This document shows, piece by piece, positions 53,406 to 64,000 of a stretch of DNA of 64,000 nucleotides; the first letter of the stretch is position 1, and each line of letters opens with the position of its first letter. The DNA comes from Lama guanicoe (lineage: Eukaryota): the NCBI GenBank assembly GCA_013239625.1, contig MU053810.1, positions 2,801,518 through 2,865,517 on the forward strand, in the 5' to 3' direction. The position numbers were made by a program, and so were the translations under genes. The notes beneath the pieces are model-generated. The model did no database searches and was not told where the DNA came from. It was given only the letters and a program-made list of their open reading frames with translations.

Positions 53406-54612
53406 TTGTTCTCCTAGGGCAGTTTACCCAGGCAATAGAAATAAAAGCAAAAATAAACAAATGGGACCTAATCAAACTTACAAGCTTTTGCACAGCAAAG
53501 GAAACCTGTAAGCAAAACAAAATGACAACCTACAGAATGGGAGCAAATATTTGCAAAAGATGAGACTGGCAAGGGCTTAATCTCCAGAATATATCAACAG
53601 CTGGTACAACTTAATAAGAAAAAAGCAAACAACCCAATCCAAACACGGGCAAAAGACATAAACAAGCAATTCTCCAATGAAGACATACAAATGAAAAAAA
53701 AAAAAAAGACATACAATTGGGCAACAGGCACATGAAAAAATGCTCAATATCACTAATTATCAGAGAAATGCAAATCAAAACTATAGTGAGGTATCATCTC
53801 ACACCAGTCAGAATGGCCATCATTCAAAAGTCCACAAATGATAAAGGCTGGAGAGGGTGTGGAGAAAAGAGAACCCTGCTACACTGCTGGTGGGAATGTG
53901 ATTTGGTGCAGCCATTATAGAAAACAGTACGGAGATTCTTCAGAAGACTAAAAACAGACTTATCATATGACCCAGTAATCTCACTCCTAGGCATATATCC
54001 AGAGGGAACCTTAATTCAAAAAGATGCATGCACCCAATATTCCTAGCAGCACTATTTACAATTGCCAAGACATGGAAACAACCTAAATGTCCACTGACAG
54101 ATGACTGGATAAAGAAGTTGTCATATATTTATATAATGGAATACTACTCGGCCATGAAAAATAACAAAATAATGCCATTTGCAGCAACATGAATGGACCT
54201 AGAGATTGTCATTCGAAGTGAAGTAAACCAGAAAGAGAAAGAAAAATACCACATGGTATCACTCATATGTGGAATCTAAAAAAAGAAAAAAGAAAAGACA
54301 AGACAAATGAACTTAGTTACAAAACAGAAACAGACGTACAGACATAGAAAACAAACATGGTTATGAGGTGGGAGAAGGGAGTGGGAAGGGATAAACTGGG
54401 AGTTTGAAATTTGCAGATACTAACTTCTATATATAAAATAAACATGTTCACACTGTATAGCACAGGGAACTATATTCAGTATCTCATAGTAACATGGTGA
54501 AAAATATGAAAATGAATATATGTATGTTCATGTATGACTGAAGCATGTGCTGTAACCAGAAATTGATACAACAATGTAAACTGACTATACTTCAATTTAA
54601 AATATATATATA
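53406..54612 (+). mobile_element. 5'-truncated lineage-specific L1 fused directly to U6
   Basis: ORFs 53372..53563 and 53717..53920 give ORF2 C-terminal peptides. The 3' UTR ends tgtaaactgactatacttcaatt. Confidence 0.95.
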
Positions 54613-55774
54613 AAATAAACTTCACACACACCTGTTCTCTCTATTCAAGTATCTATTTTCCCACAATAAACTGATTTTGTTTCTGTTCTTACTGTTGTTT
54701 TTGTTTACTCTTCTGTACTAATCATAACTCTTTTAAAACATTAAATTTTTGTGTATATGAAAAAATGTGAAACTGAGGAGGGCAGGCATGTTCCTTAGAA
54801 CTTTAGGGTTTTTCCAAGATGCCTTGCCTCATGGGGTGAGGAAGAGGCTAAATGGATGGGACTGCAGCCTCCTTCCTTCTGACATTAACCAGAGAAGCTT
54901 AGCATTTGTATCTGTCTTTTATATAGTGGGGTTCTGTGTAAAATGTCGTTTCCTTTGTACAAAGGAAGGAAGAAGGATGGAGGAAGGGGTGGAAGGCAGA
55001 AACAGACAAAAAAAGAAAACCAGTGGGTTAGACAACTCAGGTATGTATGTGTGTGCATGCATGCATGTATATTTACCATCTGTAATTCTGAAAGCTGTGT
55101 TTGTGCGTTTTGGGAGGAACAGCTGTAGGTAGATTGGGTCCATTCATGGTTAAGATATTAGTGCATTTTTAACTGAATTACATGCATTATATGTTAAATA
55201 TACACATACACACATATACAAAGATCTAATTTAAATGATTGGTATTTGAGTTTTTAAAATTAAAATGTAAAATTAAGGAGAGTATGCAGATAATCCAGGT
55301 TTTAAATGGAACAAAAAAAATTCTAATTTTTCTATCTTCACACAATTACATTATGTGTGTCTTAAAAATAACTTCACGCGTTGTAAATTATTTGTAAAAT
55401 AAGAGCAACACTACCTCTCAAAACAAAACAGAAACAGAGAACACTTTACAGAGATGAATAAAATGAAAAGTCCCTGAGAAAGGAAATTTTTAAACAATAA
55501 AACACACTGCTGGTTGGAATACTGTCTTTTGAAGAATACAGCCAAACACTTTTCAAACTAAATAGTCTCTCAAATTTGAAAAGGGAAGATAAATAAAGGT
55601 ATTGATTTAAATGACTAGAAATGCATTTACTTTAAAGACTTTTTTCTAAAAAAATTTCCTCGAGCAAGTAAATCAATCAAGTAGTAAACGGGATAGCACC
55701 ATAATGACTGTAAGACAAGGGGTCAAGGGAGACGACATACTGGCTGCGCGGAAGATGTGTGTTCCACAGACTTT

Positions 55775-55856
55775 GTTTTGAGGTCTTCCATCCCAGTACT
55801 AGCCAGGCCCCATCTAGCTTCGCTTATGAAATCTGACAAGGGTACAGCCGACGGCA
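55775..55856 (-). mobile_element. 5S rRNA-derived relic (AmnSINE1-like head or old 5S pseudogene)
   Basis: gaggtcttccatcccagtactagccaggcccc..tagcttcgcttatgaaatctgacaag matches the reverse complement of the 5S internal control region (GGTCTCCCATCCAAGTACTAACCAGGCCC..GCTTAGCTT..GAGATC). Confidence 0.75.
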
Positions 55857-56667
55857 ATAAGGATGCAGGGTAGTGATTTTATTTCTTATTTTATTCATTG
55901 CAGCCCCAGGGAGAGAGATAACGAGAACAGGAATGAAATCCAGGTCTCCTCCATAAAACACTGCACAACATCACCACCAGGTCATCAGGGGAAAAGAGAA
56001 GACACTATTTTATTTTAAAAGGGTTTCTTTGTTACAATATTTATGGTGGAAAATTATTTTGTTTGGCTTACCCAATGACTCATTCAAATCTCACTTTTAT
56101 TAATCATATATATGAATGGTTGTTTTCATACAAAAAATGTTTGACACTTGCTTAATGGACTTAAAATATGTAACTACACTGTTTCAGAAACTGAAAACAA
56201 ATGACAATCACCAACTTAACTTATGTCAGATAATTATAATCAGAAATAACTTTATATTTTACTTTTTATCTAATAGTCCTACAGTCTGAATATTCGTCAT
56301 CTTTCACTTATTGCTTCAAAGTGCTGTAGGCACTGACACTGATGAAAGCCCTGGCAAAATCGGGGAGAAATTACCTGAGTTTGACCCTTTCAAAACCTTA
56401 CGAAGGTTAAGGAACTCCACAGATGGATTAACGCCTAATTTACTTACACTGGTGGGCCATGTAAAATTCCTATTTGAATGTTTTTGCTCTAAAAAACAGC
56501 AACTGCATATCATTGAACTAAATATAGCACAGTACCTGTGATAATCAAACATCCCTCGTAAAACGGAAAAATGTTACTAACTTAGGGTTCTTATGAGGGT
56601 TAAATGGGCAACTCGATGTAAAGCACACAGGACAGTATCTGACCCAAGCTGTCAAGAATGATGATGG

Positions 56668-56766
56668 TGGGGGAGGGTGTAGCTCAGTGGCAGAGCACGT
56701 GCTTAGCGTGCATGAGGTCATGGGTTCTATCCCCAGTACCTCCATTAAAAACCTCCATTAAAAAAA
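56668..56766 (+). mobile_element. Camelid tRNA-Ala-derived SINE inserted into a MIR
   Basis: ggggagggtgtagctcagtggcagagcacgtgcttagcgtgcatgaggtcatgggttctatccccagtacctcca; imperfect TSD aagaatgatgat / aagagatgatgat. Confidence 0.9.
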
Positions 56767-57705
56767 GAGATGATGATAAAAAATTTTTGTATTTCTTCTA
56801 TTTAACTTGGAATTATCAGTAAACTCAAGAGCTAGCTTCCTACTACGGTATTTTATTTATGCAGCTTCTCTGTATGAGCTATACAGATGCACAGCCTGTC
56901 TATGGTCATTCACCGCCACGTCATATGCCCAGGGCAACCTTTCCTAAAAGTTCATCTCTCCATTACATATTTTACAGCAATACTTTGTGACATTACAGAC
57001 ATGGTACTGAAAACCTTTCCAAATATATAGTGGACAAAACAAAAACTAGTTAAGAGATTGATCAGAGAACCTCTTAAAGAAACAGTCAACTTAATACAAA
57101 GCAGCAGAGTCAACTTCCTAATACAAGCATCATGTATTTCTCTTCATTTGGTTTCTACTAATAAAAGGACAAAAGAAAAATTTAAGTGTTGATGAACATG
57201 ACACTTTGAACATTGACAGGAGGATTCCGAAGAAAGGTAGAATACGAGGAAAACTATGTTTTAGGGTTTCTCAGTTTACGGAATGTTCTAACATATATAC
57301 TTTTACCTCTAAGGTAGACAGCCCAGATAATTTTACCCTTTTCTACAGTGCCAAGTAATTAGAAAACTAAAACCCAGACCACACAGGTAGTAAACAGTGA
57401 TGCTAACACTAGAGCTCAGGTCTCTCCATCTTAGGGATCCAGTGTTTTGTCTTCCACGCCTCCATTACGGTGTCTCAGCAAAAGTCACCACAATAAATTA
57501 CTTTGCACACTTGATTAGTTTAACAACTACTTATTGAGTATTAAAGTGTGCACATCTCTACAGTCAGTTCAACCACAGAAACCATAAGTAAAAATTCTAA
57601 TGAGAGAAGAATATAGGCTTTGAAACAAGGGAACCCAAGGAATGAAATGCTGTATCATTACACAGTTCTACACACAAAAACTACTTCCTTTTAATTAGTT
57701 ACAAA

Positions 57706-57801
57706 TGCAGTGACCCTATTTCCAAATACCACTTTCTGAGGTACTAGGAGTTAGGGCTTTAATATTTAAATTTTGGGGGGACACAACTCAACACATAACA
57801 C
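57706..57801 (-). mobile_element. MLT1 (MaLR) LTR 5' fragment
   Basis: Reverse complement reads tgttatgtgttgagttgtgtccccccaaaatt...ccctaactcctagtacctcagaa..gtatttggaaatagggtc. Confidence 0.75.
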
Positions 57802-57809
57802 AAAATACA

Positions 57810-60800
57810 GGAAAAAATAGATGAAGTGAAGGGTCAAAGATCATTTTATTGTCTGGGGAGTAGCAACAGAAACTCATGCAAGACTGTAGTAAGATGCATA
57901 CTGAATACTATATATTATTCACTAAAAGAAGAATAAAAGAGTGTATAATGATAACAAGTTCATGGAGGGGAGAAATGGAAATTAAAAATTAATCCAAAAG
58001 AAAGCACGAGAGGAAAAAGAAGGGACAAATAGAAAGCAAATACTAGGATGATAAATTTGAACTCCCAAATATCAGTAATTATACTAAACACAGATGAATT
58101 AAACGCTCATCACAAATTTCTAAAACTGTAAACTTAAATAATAAAAAAACTATATACAAATAGAAGGCAATAAGAGATTTCTGGAAAGTATCTATCTTTT
58201 AGGAAACTAAACATGAGTCAAAAAGGAAATCACAAGAAGAATTAGGCTGTTTTGGACCAAATGAAAATGAATACATGATATCAAAATTTGTGAGATACAG
58301 CTATAAACATACAAATATTAAAAAAAACATAAAGCTCTACATTTAAATAAATCAACACTCAAAGGAAACTCACAACATTAATACTTAGAAAAGAAGGAAG
58401 TTCTGAAATCAATGACCTAAGCATCCACCTAAAGAAATTAGAAAAACAGCAAATTAAACCCAAAATAAGTAGAAGACAAGAACAAATTAACAGCAGAAAT
58501 CAATGAAATAAAAAGCTAAAAAAACCCAGAAAAATCAATGAAACCAAAAGCTGATTTTTTAAAAAAGAAAATCAGTAAAATGCATGTACTTCTAAAGACT
58601 TGTAGAGATCCTGACCAAAACTAAAACAGAAGACACAAATTACCAAAATCAGAAGTCAAAGAAGATACAATACTACAGATTCTACTACAGGGGCTGTTAA
58701 GGACCACAACATGGATAAATCTTGAAAACAAGCCAAGCCAAACACCAAAGACCACATATTGTATGGTATCAATTATGTGAAAGGTCTACAACAGGCAAAT
58801 CCATACAGACAGAAAGTAGATTAATGGTTGCCAGGGAAGGGGAGAGCAGAGAATTGGACCTAACTGCTAAGAGGTAGAGTGTTATTTTCTGTGTGTGTGT
58901 GATGAAAATGTTCTTAAATGAGACAGTGGTGATGGCTGTACAACACAGTGAATAGACTAAAATCACTGAAGTGTGTGTTTTAAATGGTGAATGTTGTTAT
59001 GTGAGGCATGTCTCAATAAAAAAAGCCTACAACATATATTTTAAAGTTAAACAATAAAAGTGATACATAATTTTAATGATGAAATTAAAACTTAGTAATG
59101 AACGCTTTTTTGAGATTGGAAACAAAACAAGGATATGAATTACCATCACTTCTAGTCTGCATGTACTACAGATCTGTATCAGCACAAAAGAAAAAAGATA
59201 AAAAACTCAAAGAAACTGTTAGAATTAAAAAATAAATTTGGCAAGGTTGCAGGATACAGGGTTATTATATCAAAATCAATTGTATTTCTGTATAGCAAAT
59301 ATAATTGGAGAGTAAAATTTAAAAAAATATCATATGTTATCTAAAAGCATTAAATACCTAAGAATATATTTTTTAATCTGCAATATGTACACACAAAAAC
59401 CTTCAACAAATTATTTAAATTTTTTTCAAGACTTGCATGAATGGATTTATTCATGGGTTGCAGAGTCAGTGCTGTCTGGATGCCAATCCTTCAAAAATTA
59501 ATCTATATATTCAATGTAATCCCAAATGAATATCTCAACTGCATAATTTGTGGAAAACGACAAGCTATTTTAAAAATTTTTATGTGAATGTGAAGTGGCA
59601 ATCTTACAGGAGGAAAACAAAGCTGGAAAATTACTGAACCAGACACCTACTGTGCGGCTACAGTGATGAAGACCGTGTGGCATCAGCACCAGGATGGAGT
59701 AGATTAACGGTACAAAGGAGAAAGTCTAGAAACAGACCCAGACATTATGGATACTTGTTTTATAATAAAGGTGGCACGTGCAGAGCTGCAGCAAGCAATC
59801 ATTTCATTAATTGGTATAGAGTCAATTGGTTTGGAAAACTTCTGAAAGAAAATTAAACTTGATCATTACTTCACACTAAACACAAATATTAACTCCAGGG
59901 GACTGCAAATCTAAATGTAAAAAGTAGAAAATTAAACTTCTAGAAAGATTTGGAAATATCGTTACGACTGCAAAGTGGGAAAATACTTCTTAAACATGAC
60001 ACAAAAAAACACCAAATAAAGGAAAGGAAACGATTGATGATTCAAACTAATAACTCTGTTTCATCAAAAGACACCATTAGGAGAGTGAAAAGGCAAGCCA
60101 GAGTCGAAGAAAAACGTGCAAAGATTCATTTCTGAAACATTTTAAAAACTTTACAAACCAGTATGAAAAAACACAGGTCACAATAAAATGACTTGAAAAG
60201 GCACCTCACATAGGAGAATACAGACGTCCAACAAACGTAAGAAAAGGTGTTCAATCTTAGTCACCAAAGGATATGCAAATTAAACCATAATTAAACATCA
60301 CTACATACTTAACAAAATGATTAAAAACATAGAAGACTCAATCCAGTGTTAGTAAGAATGTAGAGTAACTGAAATTTTCATATCCTGCTACTGAGGTATA
60401 AATTGAAACAAACATTTAAAAAAAACTGAATTAGTTACTAAAGTTGATCCTGAAACTTAACTTCAAAAATAGAAATTTACACATATGTGTACTAAAAGTA
60501 CAATAATGATCACAGGAAATTTATTCATTATAGTTGAAAACTGAAAATAACACAAAGCGCCAATAAAAATAAATTGTGCTATATTTCTAAATGGATTGTA
60601 CAGCAATGAAAATGAACAAACTACTGCAACACACAATAATGAATGAATCTCACAAATGCTATGTTCAACAGAGGAAAGCAGATGCAGAGGGAGATATGGA
60701 ATGTGTTACAGACTGAATGTCTGTGTCCCCCTCAATCCATACACTGCAATCCTAACCCCCTAGTGTGATAGTATTAGGGGGTGGGGCCTTGGGTGATTAA

Positions 60801-61290
60801 GTCATGAGGGTGGAGCTCTCATGAATGGGATTAGTGCCCTTATAAAAGAGATCCCAGGGAGCTCTCTCACCTCTTCCGCCACTTGAAGACACAGCAAGAA
60901 GACTGCTGTCTATGAACAGGAAGAGGGCCCTCACCAGACACCAAATTTGCTGGTGCCTTCATCTTGGACTTCCCAGTCTTCAGAACTGTGAGAAATAAAT
61001 GAGTTTAAGCCACCCAGTCTATTATATTTTTGTTACAGCAGCCCAAATGGACTAAGATAGGATGATTCCATTTATAAACTTCAGATAGCAGGAAAAACTG
61101 ATCTGCAGTGTTAGAAGTCAGGATAGTCATTCTCTTTGTGGAAGAAAAGAAAGGTGGTGACCAGGACAAGGCATGAGTGTGGCTTCTGGACACTGGCAAT
61201 GTTCTACTTCTTCATTTTGGCAGTGGTTAAGCTGGTTTACCGTGTGATAGTTTACTGAGCCGTGTTATTTATATTTTATATACTTTTCTG
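57810..61290 (+). mobile_element. Ancient L1 (L1MC/ME-like) composite with nested insertions
   Basis: atcaaaatttgtgagatacagct; aaatcaatgaaaccaaaagctg; ggcaaggttgcaggatacag; 3' UTR motifs gattccatttata...gaagtcaggatag. Confidence 0.8.
60704..61059 (+). mobile_element. MLT1A-type solo LTR nested in the L1 3' UTR
   Basis: tgttacagactgaatg...gagggtggagctctcatgaatgggattagtgcccttataaaagag...cagaactgtgagaaataaat...ggactaagata; 5-bp TSD gaatg/ggatg. Confidence 0.9.
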
Positions 61291-61327
61291 TATGTATTTT
61301 ACTCAAAACAAAATTTAAAAACCTTAC

Positions 61328-61491
61328 TTGTTTTTTCTGTGTTCTGTTCCTGTTTTCCAGCCAATCGTCCATTTGCTCCTCAATTTCTTCTATAGAAGTT
61401 CCATGATCATAAGACTGAATATATGCACTTTCTAAGGGTGTATATGTAGGAAATTCAGGCTTTGGTTTTTTTACTTTGACTTTCTTCTGCT
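61328..61491 (-). CDS. DNAJC1: DNAJC1 internal coding exon (probably exon 8 by human numbering), 164 nt, ..QKKVKVKKPKPEFPTYTPLESAYIQSYDHGTSIEEIEEQMDDWLENRNRTQKKQ
   Basis: Peptide matches mammalian DNAJC1. Acceptor tttttag|AG at 61492-61493 and donor CAA|gtaagg at 61323-61327. Ends in phase 0, compatible with the next exon. Confidence 0.95.
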
Positions 61492-61794
61492 CTAAAAAAA
61501 AAATGTTTAAAAGAACCAATTAATAAAAGAATAAAAAGAATTTCTAACATAAAATATTCACAGACCATATCTTAAAAGAACACACACACACACAATATAT
61601 ATATTAGTCTTTCATCAAAACAGAATTGCTTTGCTATAGTTAGCTGTAAGTTTTACTGCACATTATTTACCACATTGTTTTAAAATAAAACTCACAGATG
61701 CTAATGATAGATGATTAGGATGTAACCCCATATCAATTTGTATATATCTTTAGTTTTTAAAGTGCTGTTCATGAAATGTTTCATTTTGGCCCAA

Positions 61795-61970
61795 TGAAAA
61801 GAGCCTGGTCATCAGTGTTCTAACCCTAACTCTACCACCTAATAGCTGAATAATACTGGGCAAGTAACTAACCCTTAGAACAAGTGTCCAGTTTCTCTTC
61901 TGTAAAAGGGAGCTGTATCTAACCTCAAAGTTGATGTGAGGAAAACTATACATCCCCTAACATACTACTT
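61795..61970 (+). mobile_element. MIR SINE
   Basis: ctctaccacctaatagctgaataatactgggcaagtaactaaccct...cagtttctcttctgtaaaaggg. Confidence 0.6.
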
Positions 61971-62706
61971 GGCAGAAAATTAGCTCGTAACGGTATACTC
62001 ATGAGTGTATTCATCTTTTCAGTATTTTACAAGGCAAAATCTAATCTGGCAACATCAGGAGTAGTTATCAATCGATGTTTATCAATTTATCAATTAGCCT
62101 CTTCGTTAAATCCTTTTTTGATTAGAGTTAACACTGAGAAGCAGCTCCATTCTTAATCACTACTGTCAAATTCATCCAGCCTTTAACAGTATCTTCACCA
62201 GCCTCTGTGTGTTTCACATGTACTATAATGCCAATATAATAAAATTAATATGACATTGGCATATGAATACACAAATTCCTAGAAGAGAATAGACAATCCA
62301 TAAATATTTCAATTCAGTGGGAAAAGGATCTAATAATACTGGCACAAATGAATATCCTTTTGAAAGAAAATTGGAAACAGCCTTACAACATATATATATA
62401 TATAAAATCCTAGTTGGATAAGAGACTTGACTTTAAAACTCTTCCAAAAATAAACCTAAAAAACTATCTGTACTATTTAAAGGAAGAGGAAATCTTAACT
62501 AAGACTGAAAACCCAGATGCCATAAAAAGATATAAGAATAAACAAATCGAGAGAAATAACAGATTTAGAAAGATCACCTACAATTCAGAGTAGAAAAAGA
62601 AAACTGATACATAGAATACATAAAGAGATCTTATAAACTGACAAGATGATAAGTAGCCCAACAGAAAAAATGGCCAAAAAATAATGTACGTTAATATAGT
62701 AATTAT

Positions 62707-63162
62707 TGTTGGTGTTGTGATATCATGTACACATACACACCGTATGCGGAGAGAGCTGATGGCTACTCTGTTGACTGATTTTTGTAAAAGGGTTTATATA
62801 GGACATGCATGATGCCTCACATACCATCTAAGTTATAACAATTAATCTTAAGCCATTTAGGTTCCTAGGCTCCAGGTTCCCAGGCTCCTGCAGTAAGCAC
62901 AGGATGTTACATGATCAAGGACAGATTGTTTTAAAGTTTGTCACAAAACTTCATTAAGTAGGCCATCTCTTACCCAGCCGGCCATGCCTGTCTTAGGTTG
63001 TCCTCCTCTGAGGATCTTACCCGTTCATTGGCTATCCAGCCGTCCATACTGGATACATTAAATAGGCCATCTCTTATCCAGCCAGCTACGTGACATTTCT
63101 CCCAGCTTGTTTATCAGTTCAGCCATGGCTTATTCTCTAGAGCCTTCAGGCGGGGGCCTACA
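62707..63162 (-). mobile_element. ERV solo LTR, 456 bp, family not recognised
   Basis: TG...CA termini, exact 5-bp TSD attat (62702-62706 and 63163-63167), an internal ~31-bp direct repeat, and TATATAAA on the minus strand at 62800-62793. Confidence 0.8.
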
Positions 63163-63167
63163 ATTAT

Positions 63168-63633
63168 GTGCTGGAGAGGGTGTGGAAAAAAGGGAACCCT
63201 CCTACACTGTTGGTGGGAATGTAGTTTGGTGCAGCCATTATGGAAAACAGTATGGAGAGTCCTCAAAAACTAAAAACAGACTTACCATTTGATCTAGCAA
63301 TCACACTCCTGGGCATATATCCAGAGGGAACTTTAATTCGAAAGGATACATGCACCCCAATTTTCCTAGCAGCACTGTTTACAATAGCCAAGATATGACA
63401 ACAACCTAAATGCCCATCGATAAGATGAATGGATAAAGAAGTTGTGGTATATTTATACAATGGAATACTACTCAGCCATTAAAATGAATAAAACAATGCA
63501 ATTTGCAACAACATGGATGGACATAGAGATTGTCATTCTAAGTGAAGTAAGCCAGAAAGAGAAAGACAAACATCATATGATGTCACTCATATACGGAATC
63601 TAAAAAAAAGAAAAAAAAGAGGACACTAATGAA
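63168..63633 (+). mobile_element. Lineage-specific L1 fragment (same family as 32341-33532)
   Basis: tgctggagagggtgtggaaaaaagggaaccctcctacactg...gaggacactaatgaa aligns with 32767-33224. Confidence 0.9.
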
Positions 63634-63689
63634 TAGTCATATTCAGAGAGGTCATCTTCAGGGCAGTCATAAGAGAACTGAAGCAAAGA

Positions 63690-64000
63690 GATTCTGAAAA
63701 TTTTAAAAACGAAAAGAAAAAAAGCAGGAGTAGCTACATTACTATTAGGTAGACTTCAGAGTAAAAAAAAAAAAAAAAAAAACAAAAAAAGCCAGGGACA
63801 GAGAGGGACATTACATAATGATAAAACAAGGTCAATTCATCAAGAAGATATAGTGGTCTTCAATTTGTGTCTATGTACCAAATAACAAAGCTGCAAAATA
63901 TGTGACGCAAAAAATGAGGGAAATGAAAGGGGAAACAGACAAATTAACAACCACTATCAAAGACTTCAACATCCCTCTCTCAACAATTGACAGGATAACT
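63690..64000 (+). mobile_element. Old L1 ORF2 endonuclease-region fragment
   Basis: aaagcaggagtagct...gacagagagggacattacataatgataaa...ggtcaattcatcaagaagatat...gacttcaacatccctctctcaacaattga. Confidence 0.8.

Noticed and set aside
56668..56745. Possible functional tRNA-Ala(AGC) gene
   Set aside because: It has extra 5' bases, stem mismatches, a duplicated acctccattaaaa tail and a TSD, and there are three related copies in the window. It is a SINE.

Overview
Mammalian genomic DNA, most likely a camelid (alpaca/llama/camel), judged from four copies of a tRNA-Ala-derived vic-1-type SINE and the young L1 3' ends. The window holds the 3' part of DNAJC1 (ERdj1/MTJ1, an ER Hsp40 co-chaperone with two SANT domains) on the minus strand. 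Five coding exons have canonical GT-AG sites and consistent phases (61491-61328, 27675-27556, 8241-8193, 6986-6544, 4206-4138), followed by a short 3' UTR with a poly(A) signal near 4000. The rest is intron plus about 3.9 kb of downstream flank, filled with L1, L2, MIR, Tigger/hAT MITEs, LTRs and SINEs. Almost all other ORFs in the supplied track are chance ORFs or decayed L1 fragments. I found no convincing new gene system. The most notable items are: a U6 snRNA-L1 chimeric retrocopy; a second L1 truncated at nearly the same position; a 5S-derived (AmnSINE1-like) relic; a candidate 62-nt poison exon whose acceptor sits in a hairpin loop; a sense-oriented solo LTR above the first exon in the window; and a sharp GC step with a CpG-rich exon. 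Repeat family names come from recalled consensus sequences, and repeat boundaries are approximate.
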